Origin: Elusimicrobiota bacterium
Lineage (GTDB): Bacteria; Elusimicrobiota; Elusimicrobia; F11
Length of the DNA stretch: 64,000 nucleotides
Direction of reading: 5' to 3'
NCBI GenBank assembly: GCA_044221725.1
Contig: JBGAON010000002.1
Span: 160,001 to 224,000 of the forward strand
Position numbers and translations under genes: made by a program. Positions 1 to 8,363 of this stretch are shown in pieces. Each line of letters opens with the position of its first letter. Position 1 is the first letter of the stretch. Under the pieces are notes generated by a model. The model ran no database searches and was not told where the DNA came from. It worked only from the letters and a program-made list of their open reading frames with translations.

Positions 1-2729
1 CCGGCGCCAAATTTTCTTCCGTTGGCGGCGGCGATTTGCGCGTCAAGGTGGTTCGAGAGATCTCCGAGCGCTTTCAATGCTTTTTGAATTTCTTGGTTGT
101 CGATCGCGATTTTCTTCGAGGCCTCTTTGATTTCGTTGACGGCGGCGGCCGTTGACGCATCGGTCACGAGCACGTTCCGGGCAAGAACGGCATTTGCAGC
201 AGAAGTATTTGTTTGTGCCGGAACAGGTGATTCGTCCGCGCTCGCGGATGCCAGTGGCAGCCAATCGCCCAGACGTTTAGCCAAGCCACTATTTGATTGG
301 CGCAGGCCAAGCACCAGGCGGTTGTATCCCATGTGAATTCCAATCCCAACAAAAAGTCCACCGATGGCGGTAAGATTCTTTTGAGTCTCTGAAAGATCCG
401 CCATGAGCGAGGGAAGCGCCAGCGGAAGCGACAACAGCGACCCTATCACCGCCATCAAGAAAATCTTTTGACCCACGGTGGCTTTTCGATGCACCAATCC
501 AAAAACAATGTTCGCAGCGATCGCGATAGCACCCATGGTCATGGTGTTGGGGCCAGCCGCTACATGGACGGCGAGCGGCAATTGGAAGATCCATTCCCAG
601 AACGGCGCACCGGCAAGTGGACGTTGGGCCCACGAAAACAATGGTTTCGCTGCCGTTGGGTTTTCCGTGGTGTTTTGCGTTTCACTTTCGGTCCGCTTCA
701 CTGTGTCGTACAACTGTTGGGGTACGAGAATTGCTCCAATTGTTTTTGTCCAAAATGTCCCTGGGAATAGTTTTGTGATCGTTAAAACGTGCTCACGGAA
801 GAGCAGTAGTTTTTCTTTGAACGTAAACTTTGCGGTGATGTCGTCACGTGTCGGATCGGTTTTGTCGAGGATATTTATGCGGAACGTGAGTCGACGTTGA
901 CCGATGCGCCAAGGAAATGTATCGACGCCAAGCAGGCGTGCACTCAAGCTTCCGAAGGTGCGGATGTGTGTGGCCACGCTGTTCTGGTCTTCGGGGGCTA
1001 CGAAAAGTTTTTCGCCCTGAACTAGTTTTTCGATGGGGGTTTTTTCGCGCGCGAAGACCGTGAGATAAGCGCTTCCGGAGGCGTTATCAATCTTGGTGAT
1101 CTTGGGCGAAACCACGACGTAGGGGATTTTCTTTTCGCGGAGGCGTTGCGTAAAGAGAGGCGTGTGGAAACCGCCTACGACGAGCCCCTTCACCGGATGG
1201 GCTTCGCCCATCGCCTCTCTCCCAATGGACGGCGCTGGAGGAAAGGGATTCTCTTTTAAAAGGTTCGCGAGCATTCTCTCGGTGCGGAGGTCCGCTTGTT
1301 CGTAGAAGCTTTCGAAAGGTTTTAAAAAGGTACTTCGTGCAGTGTCCTTCGTCCCTCGTCTCTGGTATTCGTTAATCGAATTCGTCGTGCGACGTACGCT
1401 GTACGAAGCACGAAGTACCTTTTTGTAGTTCTCCCATTCTTTAGCTGTCAGCGAAAACTCCACAAGTTTCTTCGTGAGTGCCACGTGCTCGCTTTCGGCG
1501 AGCAGCTGTTGTTCGCTGCCCGTTTTTGCGATTTCTTTTTTTAGCGCGGTCTCGAGCGCGTCAATCTCGTCGAAGAGTGTGTCGGCTTTGATGCTGTCGG
1601 TGAGCAACACGTAGCGCAGATAATTTTCAAATACGGGTGTCTCGCGAAGATTGATTCCTTTTTTCTCGCAGAGATTGCGGAGATTTCCGTAGTACCGTCC
1701 GAACGTCAACCGGCCGGACCGATACGCCACGCTTTGAGCGAGCAAATCGGACGTTTCGTTTTCACTGAGCGTTGCCGCTAGTTTTTTTAATGTTCGGTTT
1801 CGTTCGACTTCGATTCTCGGTAAATCCAGCGTCCGTTCCATCTGAAACGCTTCAAGAAAACGTGCCACGGTGGACAAAGGCGATGGTTCTTTTATTTCGG
1901 CCAGCTTGCTGAGATAGGTGCCGAGGCCTATCTGTTCGGCGTGATAGGCCGCTTGTATTTCGTCGAACCGTTGCAGCGAGGGAGAAAACACTTTCTTTTT
2001 CTGTTCAACGAGTTCGGTTTCTGCGCGGGCGATTTCTTTAAGTGCCGATTTCTTTATCGAGCGGGAATCCAGGTAGGCTTGTACGTTCGCGTCGTAATGT
2101 TCGCGGTCATCAACGCCAAACCAATCAAGGGTTTTTTCGGCGTTTGTGATGCCAGTGAATGTCGGCGCCGCCATGACGTTTTGATTCAGATAAGACTCGG
2201 CTATTTGTCGCACAGCGGGTTTATCGACGAACTTCCGAAATGCGGAGAAATCCATTTCTCCGAACGCGCCTTCCACGCCGATGCGAGCGGCCAATTTTTC
2301 ATCAATGAGCGTTTGCAGCGTGGCCGCGATATTCGCTTGCGCTTCGCTGTTCATGTGAATATCTTGAACGATGACAATCGGGGTTTTGAGCTGGGTTTTG
2401 TCGCTCGTCGAGTTGGGGAAAACCTCCTGGATCGTTGAAGGCGTCAGAGAGAGCGCTTCAATTACGGGCTTAATTGCAGCGGGCAACTTCTCAAAGCGGG
2501 GTTCCAGTGATGGCTTTAATGTCGGAATTGAAGGAAGGGATGCTCCGATAGCTGAAAAACGCTGCGAGATCGGCGCGCTCGGTGAGAGAGCCGCGTATTG
2601 CGCGGACTGCGCTTTCTTCCGTTCGGACCAAATACTGATTTCGGGCTGACTTCCCAGCGCGATTTGCGTTGTGAAATAAACCAAACAAAGACTGCCAGAA
2701 ATGATTTTTTTAACGGAGGGGACTGTCAC
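1..2729 (-). CDS. Large secreted/membrane protein, 3'-truncated by the window edge (>=909 aa): signal peptide + TraB/Tiki/EreA/ChaN-like domain + degenerate CPBP(Abi)-like TM bundle + unseen C-terminus
   Basis: Not in the ORF track because it has no stop in the window. I translated it by hand from GTG at 2729 (in-frame TAA at 2754-2756 upstream): VTVPSVKKIISGSLCLVYFTTQIALG..PIVIVQDIHMNSEAQANIA..IGVEGAFGEMDF..FYEQADLRTERMLANL..LVVGGFHT..APFWEWIFQ..VFGLVH..IHMGYN..QIAAANGRKFGA. The same frame is open at every point checked. Clear paralogue of 30363-33866. Confidence 0.88.
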   Translation of the reverse strand, partial: MTVPSVKKIISGSLCLVYFTTQIALGSQPEISIWSERKKAQSAQYAALSPSAPISQRFSAIGASLPSIPTLKPSLEPRFEKLPAAIKPVIEALSLTPSTIQEVFPNSTSDKTQLKTPIVIVQDIHMNSEAQANIAATLQTLIDEKLAARIGVEGAFGEMDFSAFRKFVDKPAVRQIAESYLNQNVMAAPTFTGITNAEKTLDWFGVDDREHYDANVQAYLDSRSIKKSALKEIARAETELVEQKKKVFSPSLQRFDEIQAAYHAEQIGLGTYLSKLAEIKEPSPLSTVARFLEAFQMERTLDLPRIEVERNRTLKKLAATLSENETSDLLAQSVAYRSGRLTFGRYYGNLRNLCEKKGINLRETPVFENYLRYVLLTDSIKADTLFDEIDALETALKKEIAKTGSEQQLLAESEHVALTKKLVEFSLTAKEWENYKKVLRASYSVRRTTNSINEYQRRGTKDTARSTFLKPFESFYEQADLRTERMLANLLKENPFPPAPSIGREAMGEAHPVKGLVVGGFHTPLFTQRLREKKIPYVVVSPKITKIDNASGSAYLTVFAREKTPIEKLVQGEKLFVAPEDQNSVATHIRTFGSLSARLLGVDTFPWRIGQRRLTFRINILDKTDPTRDDITAKFTFKEKLLLFREHVLTITKLFPGTFWTKTIGAILVPQQLYDTVKRTESETQNTTENPTAAKPLFSWAQRPLAGAPFWEWIFQLPLAVHVAAGPNTMTMGAIAIAANIVFGLVHRKATVGQKIFLMAVIGSLLSLPLALPSLMADLSETQKNLTAIGGLFVGIGIHMGYNRLVLGLRQSNSGLAKRLGDWLPLASASADESPVPAQTNTSAANAVLARNVLVTDASTAAAVNEIKEASKKIAIDNQEIQKALKALGDLSNHLDAQIAAANGRKFGA
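1185..1247. repeat. REP-like palindromic element (CCCTCTCCC..GGGAGAGG..GGTGAGGG type) inside the CDS
   Basis: Minus strand reads CCCTTTCCTCC-N13-GGGAGAGAGG-cGATGGGC GAA GCCCATCc-GGTGAAGGGG. There is a perfect 7-bp hairpin at 1196-1212. It resembles the intergenic element at 39480-39562. Confidence 0.6.
1324..1424. repeat. 101-bp hairpin with perfect 17-bp terminal inverted repeats and internal heptamer periodicity, inside the CDS
   Basis: aaaaaggtacttcgtgc (1324-1340) pairs with gcacgaagtaccttttt (1408-1424). Inner units: tacttcg tgcagtg tccttcg tccctcg ... cgacgta cgctgta cgaagca cgaagta. Confidence 0.8.
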
Positions 2730-2752
2730 TTCCTTATAATAAGGCAGGTTCC

Positions 2753-2791
2753 CTTAAGATCGCCTTTAGGGGGGATTAAGTTTCCCTTAAG
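2753..2791 (-). promoter_or_regulatory. Phased 11-bp direct-repeat array, OmpR-family (PmrA/BasR-like) binding site candidate
   Basis: Plus-strand hexamers cttaag 2753, ctttag 2764, attaag 2775 and cttaag 2786 have an exact 11-bp period. The minus strand reads CTTAAG-GGAAA-CTTAAT. The array lies 24-62 bp upstream of the GTG at 2729. Confidence 0.5.
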
Positions 2792-2855
2792 GTTCTCGGC
2801 GGACAATCGGTACATTGTACCGCCGCCTTATCGATACTTCCGATCTACGTGTTAA

Positions 2856-5800
2856 TTACGCTGCTTTGCGCGTCTGTTGCGAGATGTTTTCGAGTTCGGT
2901 GCGCAGTTCGTGTTTTTCGTTTTGCACGCGGCGCAATTGTTCGTCCATGATGCTTTGCTGACGCATGAACTCTTGCGTGATGACTTCGACCCGTTTCGTG
3001 AGGTCCTTGCGCGCCTCTTCGAGTTCGCGTTTCCGAACTTCGCCTTCTTCCACGAGTCGATCGTACTCGGCTTTTTGATTGTCGAGTTGCAGTTGTTTGT
3101 TCTGCATTTCGGACATCGTTTTCTCGACTTGCACGGTCATCTCGTGCTGCTTCGCGAGATATTTGCGTTGGAGTTCTTCTTCTTTTTGCGTGAACGAGGC
3201 TTGCACTTCGTTCATACGCGCCATGAGCTTCATTCGCATGTCGGTCGCTTCTTCCAGCCAGTGTTGGCGCGCGGTCGCGAACTCCGCTTCCTTTTCTGCC
3301 ATCTGCTTGCGCGCTTTCTCCGCAATTTCGTTTACGCGGTTCTCAAAACGCGACGGCCATTCGATTTCAACGCTCTTCTTGTAGCCTTCGAATTCTTTTT
3401 CGCGTTGCGCGAGCGCGGCCAACAGCGCTTCTTCTTTCTTTCGATAAGATTCGCGCAGCATATCGGCTTCCTCTTGGGCCCGCAGCTTTGCGTTCTCGAG
3501 GGCGGCCAATGTTTCTTCGTGCTCTTTGCCCCAACGTCCCTTCTGTTGCTCGACCTGCTGCATCCGGGCGAGATTTTCTTTTTCGAGGCGGTCGAGATCG
3601 GCTTTGTAGCGTTTCTCGAGTTGGTCGAGCGCCGCCTGTTTTTCGAAAATCATTTTCTGGCGCGCGGCTTCGTCCTCTTCCAATTTTTTCTGGGAACGCG
3701 TGTTGCGTTCGTGCCACAGCTGCTCTTGCTCAGCCGCGCGGTTGCGCAAAGTCTCTTCCATTTGTTGATACATGGAGCGCTGCTCTTCTTCTATTTTCTT
3801 TCTCATTTCGTCAGAGATCGCGGAAAGATGACGGCGTTCCTGTTCAATGCTTACTTCGAACGCCTTTCGTTCCGCGGCCAAGCGCTGGAACGCATCTTGT
3901 TTTTCTTGGTTAAGCGCCTGTTGTTTGCCGCGGAGTTCGGCTTCTTTTTCTTGGACTTCGACGAGAAGCGCGCGTTTCAGATCTTGGAAGGATTTCTCGC
4001 GCTCGGCTTCTTTTTGTTGAGCGGATTCTTCGAGTTCGGTGGCACGTTTTTTCCAAAGCTCTTCCAATTCCTTCGCGAGGTCGCGGTGGGATTGTTCGGC
4101 TTTCATTTCCCAGTTCTTCTGCTCCATCGTGATGCGAGCGCGAAGATCTTTTTCAAATTTCTCCATCTGTTCCGTATCTCGAAGCATAGTCTCCTCCCAA
4201 GCATTCTTATTCTGCTGAAATTGAGCATGCAACCCGCGCTCGAGCGCCGCCAACCGTTCTTCTTCCTTTCGGCTGCGGAGCTCCATTGCTTCTTCCTTCA
4301 TTTTAACGGCCGCAAGATCGGAATCAAGTTGCGCTTTTCTTTTTTCCCAGTCGCTTTGCTCGCGCGCCAGCAGTTGTTGTTTCTCGTGATAGGTACGCTC
4401 GAGCTCGGCCTGTTTGCTTTCGTACATGCGGGCCAACTGTTTGCGTTCTTCTTCGGTAATTTGCTCCAGTTCTTCGGTACGCCTCTTGAGACGCTCTTCC
4501 ACTTCGGCGGTACGCCGACGGAACGATTCCTCAAACTGCGCTTCCAAATCTTTCTTTTCGCTGGCGAGCTTGCTGCGCAGTTCGCTTTCGGCGAGCGCTA
4601 ACCGCTGTTTTTCGTCGGCAACAAACCGACCGAAGACTTCCTGCTCCACTTTGGCTTTCTCGCGCAGTTCTTTCTCTATGAGCTCGACGCGTTGCTTATC
4701 GGTCTCCTGGTGTTCCTTCATGAGCCGATATTCTGACTCGGCTTTTGCGCGCAGTTCCTCTTCGAGCGCTTCAATGCGGCGTTTTTCGACATCCGCTTTG
4801 TTTTGAAGCATGCGGCGCTCGTTCGCCAAAGATTCGAGACTCGCCGATTTCGCCAATTCCCATTGTTGTTTTTCGAGAATCAGTTGCGCTTCTTTCGCAC
4901 CAAAGTCCTTTTCGAGATCATTGAATTTGGTTTCGTACATTCGCTGTTTCTGGGAAAGCAATTCGTCTGCCTGTTTGTCGAGCTGAGCCATTTTCGCGGC
5001 TTCTTTTTCCAGCAACACCTTCTCTGCTTCGACAAAGCGGTCTTGCAGCGTGCGTTCTTGTTGCGCGAGACGGAACTTTAGCTCGTTTTCTTTGTCGAGA
5101 AGCTCTTGGTCCTTTTGCTTGCGGAACGTTTCAAAATGGGCTTTCGCCTCCTCAATAATCATGCGCTGATTGTCGAGGTCGATTTGGGCGCGGTCGCGCT
5201 GATTGTTCCACTCTTGAACCGCCATCGCGCGTCGGCTTTCTTCCAGTGCCATTTTCGATTCGAGTTCCACGCGGCGCGCATGGAACGTCTTCTCCAAATC
5301 GGCCTGTTGTTCGCGCAGCGCTTCCTCCGCGCGCACTTGCAACCGCGCTTGCTCGCGCGTCATTTTGTCGCGGAAGGCCCGCTCCTCGTTGGCCAGTTGC
5401 TGATATTGCGCATCCACCTTCGCTTGCTGCGCCACGCGTTCTTCTTCCATGCGGCGCTGCGCTTCGGTTTCCATGAGTTCGAGCCGCTGAGAAACTTCCT
5501 CCGCGCGTTGTTGCAAAAGCGCTTTCTCGTTCTCCACTTTGACCATTAAATCTTTCTCGAGCAAATCAAGTCGGTCGCGGTCTTCCCGTGTTTTGTCGAG
5601 CCAAATCTTTTGTTCTTCCTCGGCTTTTGTCTGAATCTGTCGTTCCATATCCTGCAGTTTTTTCTGGTCCGCTTTCATTTGAGCATCCCACATTTCTTTT
5701 TCTTGACGAATGCGGGACATCACGTCGGCCTGCTCTTTCTGGAGCGCCTCGCGTTTCTGCTGGATTTCGATATCAAGAGTTTTGCGTTCTTTCTCGAGCG

Positions 5801-7601
5801 CCCGTGCCGCCTCGGCGCGCTGCGCTTCCCAGTCTTGCCGTTCCATTAATAAGGAATGTTCTTTTTCGGCGTACGAACGTTCGTGTTCCTTCTTTAATGC
5901 CGAGAGTGTGCGTTCGCGCTGCTCTTCGTTCTGTTTGAACGTCGATTCGAGCAGATGGCCGCGCTCGGCCAGCTGCGTTTCGAGTTGATGGGTTTGTTTT
6001 TGGTATTCGGCATTGAGTTTTGCTTCAAAATCTCGGTGTTCCTGAAGCGCTTTCTCTCGAAGATTGGATTCGAGCGCCGCCACGGAAGATTGCAGCGTTG
6101 CCTCTTTGCGTTTCAGTTCCTCTGATTTGGCCTGGAATTCGGCTTCCAGCGCCGAAAGCTTCAAATTAAATTCTTCGGTTAACTTTTCTCGTAGCGTGCG
6201 CTCACTGGTGACCAAACGCTGTTTGTCGATTTCGCCTTTTGTCTCGAGCGCTTTGCGATCGGCTTCAAAGGCCTGTAGCGCACGCGCCTTTTCAGCGTCC
6301 CATTGTTGGCGGTCGAGATACAGGCGGTTCTCTTTGTCTTCGAAGATTTTTTCGAGCGAGATTTTGCGTTGGCGAAATTCGGTTTCACGTTCGGCATCTT
6401 TTTGAGCGGAGCGTTGGTCCCAATCCAGTTTCGTTTTCTCGAATGCCGACTCTTTGGCGTACCACGCATCTTTTAACTCGGTTTCTTTGCGGGCGAAGTC
6501 TTCGCTTAAGATTCGTTGTCTTTCCAGATGTTCTTGTAACAGCGCATGGCCACGGTCGATCAGCTCTTTTTCCATCGCCTGTTCTTTGACGGTCAGTTCA
6601 TGGAAACGGGCGGACGCTTCGCGTTGCGCGGTTTCACGCTCCACTTGCAGCGCTTCGATCGCTTTCTGTCGATCGGATTCGAAACGCGCACGGTCGGCGT
6701 CTGTCTCGGCGGTTTTTCGCTGCGCAATTTCTTCAATTGCTTGGCGACGCATGACGAGTTCCCGCTCGACACCGGCATTTTGCTCGGCCATCTGGCGGCG
6801 CTCTTTCTCAAAATCTCTTTGCAGTTCCCGGCGGCTCTGCTCAACTTCGAGCAACCACTGTCCGCGTTGTTTGTCGAGCTCGTCCTTCTTTGTTTGATAG
6901 CGGCGTTCGGCCTCTGCTTCGATCGAAGCGCGGTCTCGTTGCATTTGAAGACCGTATTGGTTTAGGCGTTCTTGGAGTTCGCGTTCCTTTTGCAGAATTT
7001 GGTCCTGCGCCATGGCGAGCCGAGTCGTGAAATCTTCTTGGAGCTGTTTGACCTTTTCGTTGTACATCCGCTGTATGTTCGGCTCAACGCCGACAAGCTT
7101 TTCACGAAGCGAAACAATTTCTTGCTCTTTCAGCCGCACGTGTTCGGCGAGTTCAAGCCGCTCGCGGTCAATGCGTGCCAATTCGTTTTCCGCTTTTTGT
7201 AGGTTTTCTTCTTGAAGCGACTTATGGCGGCCAAGTTGCAACAAATCGTGTTCGAGCCCGATCACTTTGTCTTGCAGTTGTTTCTTCGCATCGGCTTCTT
7301 GCGGTGCGAATTTTTTCCAGAGCTGCTCCATCGAGGCGCCCATGAGGCCGCGATATTCTTCGAGCAGCTGAGTGGTCTTTGCGGAAATTTCTTTTTCGTT
7401 TAGTGAGACCGTCGATTGATGAGCGAGTTCTTTTGAGAGGCGGGAGGATTCTTCTTCCTTGAGAATGAGTCGGTTTGACATCCGCTGGACTTCATCGTCC
7501 AATTGGCGGATTTTCTCGAGGGACCAGCGAAGGGCCAATTTCGCTGTGGACAAATCATTCACTTCTTCTGCTTGATAGTTCCTGATATCATCCGAGCTCA
7601 T
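2856..7601 (-). CDS. Giant coiled-coil protein (~1581 aa), function unknown
   Basis: ORF track 2856..7694. The ATG at 7601 (MSSDDIRNYQ) is preferred because the upstream part is AT-rich intergenic-like sequence. Extremely E/K/R/Q/L-rich, with no Walker A motif and no TM segment. Confidence 0.9.
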   Translation of the reverse strand: MSSDDIRNYQAEEVNDLSTAKLALRWSLEKIRQLDDEVQRMSNRLILKEEESSRLSKELAHQSTVSLNEKEISAKTTQLLEEYRGLMGASMEQLWKKFAPQEADAKKQLQDKVIGLEHDLLQLGRHKSLQEENLQKAENELARIDRERLELAEHVRLKEQEIVSLREKLVGVEPNIQRMYNEKVKQLQEDFTTRLAMAQDQILQKERELQERLNQYGLQMQRDRASIEAEAERRYQTKKDELDKQRGQWLLEVEQSRRELQRDFEKERRQMAEQNAGVERELVMRRQAIEEIAQRKTAETDADRARFESDRQKAIEALQVERETAQREASARFHELTVKEQAMEKELIDRGHALLQEHLERQRILSEDFARKETELKDAWYAKESAFEKTKLDWDQRSAQKDAERETEFRQRKISLEKIFEDKENRLYLDRQQWDAEKARALQAFEADRKALETKGEIDKQRLVTSERTLREKLTEEFNLKLSALEAEFQAKSEELKRKEATLQSSVAALESNLREKALQEHRDFEAKLNAEYQKQTHQLETQLAERGHLLESTFKQNEEQRERTLSALKKEHERSYAEKEHSLLMERQDWEAQRAEAARALEKERKTLDIEIQQKREALQKEQADVMSRIRQEKEMWDAQMKADQKKLQDMERQIQTKAEEEQKIWLDKTREDRDRLDLLEKDLMVKVENEKALLQQRAEEVSQRLELMETEAQRRMEEERVAQQAKVDAQYQQLANEERAFRDKMTREQARLQVRAEEALREQQADLEKTFHARRVELESKMALEESRRAMAVQEWNNQRDRAQIDLDNQRMIIEEAKAHFETFRKQKDQELLDKENELKFRLAQQERTLQDRFVEAEKVLLEKEAAKMAQLDKQADELLSQKQRMYETKFNDLEKDFGAKEAQLILEKQQWELAKSASLESLANERRMLQNKADVEKRRIEALEEELRAKAESEYRLMKEHQETDKQRVELIEKELREKAKVEQEVFGRFVADEKQRLALAESELRSKLASEKKDLEAQFEESFRRRTAEVEERLKRRTEELEQITEEERKQLARMYESKQAELERTYHEKQQLLAREQSDWEKRKAQLDSDLAAVKMKEEAMELRSRKEEERLAALERGLHAQFQQNKNAWEETMLRDTEQMEKFEKDLRARITMEQKNWEMKAEQSHRDLAKELEELWKKRATELEESAQQKEAEREKSFQDLKRALLVEVQEKEAELRGKQQALNQEKQDAFQRLAAERKAFEVSIEQERRHLSAISDEMRKKIEEEQRSMYQQMEETLRNRAAEQEQLWHERNTRSQKKLEEDEAARQKMIFEKQAALDQLEKRYKADLDRLEKENLARMQQVEQQKGRWGKEHEETLAALENAKLRAQEEADMLRESYRKKEEALLAALAQREKEFEGYKKSVEIEWPSRFENRVNEIAEKARKQMAEKEAEFATARQHWLEEATDMRMKLMARMNEVQASFTQKEEELQRKYLAKQHEMTVQVEKTMSEMQNKQLQLDNQKAEYDRLVEEGEVRKRELEEARKDLTKRVEVITQEFMRQQSIMDEQLRRVQNEKHELRTELENISQQTRKAA

Positions 7602-7721
7602 AATTGAGGCAAGGATAAGAGGAGTTTTCTTGAAAAACCATTTCTTTCTTAATTTGTTTTTAGAAGTATGAATTGGGTTGATTTTACGACGCAATCGGAG
7701 GCTTTTTTAGAGTGTTAATTT

Positions 7722-8363
7722 ATGTCGTTGCTCATTGAACAAGAGATTCCTTGCACGCATTGCCAATATCCGAACGAAGTGGAAGTTTGGTCGGCGATCA
7801 ATGTGAAAACAGACCCCGAGCTCAAAGATTTGTTGCTCGGCGGCGAGATTAATATGGCCGAATGCGCCTCGTGCAAAGAGATTTTCTACGCCGAGCACTT
7901 CCTTTTGTATCACGATCCCCAGTTTGAGCTGATGGCGTTTGTGTATCCTCACACGTACACCGACGAACGAGACCGCTGGAAGCAAAAAACCGCCGAGGAC
8001 TACGCTGCGTCGCAAAGCAATTTGCCGGAAAACGAAAGGTTATCGTACCCGCCCATCACGCTGTTCGGACTGGATCAGCTTGTTTTCCTTGTCGAAGATG
8101 AAGAGGAAAACGAAATTCAGGGAGAAATTATTACGCTCTACACGCCGGGCAACGGATTTAAAGTCCGCGCGTTGACGCACGCGGTGGCGCGGCAGCAGAA
8201 CATCCCACGGTTTGTTCCTTATCTTGAAACGAGCCAAGCTCCAACGCGAGATTCGGTGCTCGGTGCGCTCGAGAAGATTCGAGCCCTAAACGATCGTCTG
8301 TACGTTTACGGTAAATTTGAAGAGACGCTGCGCGGAAATCCGTCCTGGGGTCTTGCGAATTGA
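7722..8363 (+). CDS. CpXC domain-containing protein (two CxxC)
   Basis: CTHC..W.AIN..DPELK..L.G.IN...CASC...FLLYHDP pattern typical of the CpXC family. Confidence 0.75.
   Translation: MSLLIEQEIPCTHCQYPNEVEVWSAINVKTDPELKDLLLGGEINMAECASCKEIFYAEHFLLYHDPQFELMAFVYPHTYTDERDRWKQKTAEDYAASQSNLPENERLSYPPITLFGLDQLVFLVEDEEENEIQGEIITLYTPGNGFKVRALTHAVARQQNIPRFVPYLETSQAPTRDSVLGALEKIRALNDRLYVYGKFEETLRGNPSWGLAN

Noticed and set aside
1324..1424. Autonomous IS element or intron
   Set aside because: Only 101 bp, with no transposase, no clear target-site duplication and no intron core motifs; kept only as a miniature palindromic insert.
43..2855. Short ORFs listed in the first 2.8 kb and an apparent ORF-free gap at 900-1940
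   Set aside because: The region up to 2729 is explained by the single minus-strand CDS starting at 2729 that runs off the window.
2877..7403. Long + strand ORFs (e.g. 2877..4601, 574 aa) rich in F/L
   Set aside because: Antisense shadows of the E/K/Q-rich coiled-coil gene; the apparent hydrophobicity is a codon-complement artefact.
2856..7694. Giant coiled coil as the SMC partner of scpAB
   Set aside because: No Walker A/B motif, signature motif or hinge domain, so it cannot be an SMC ATPase.
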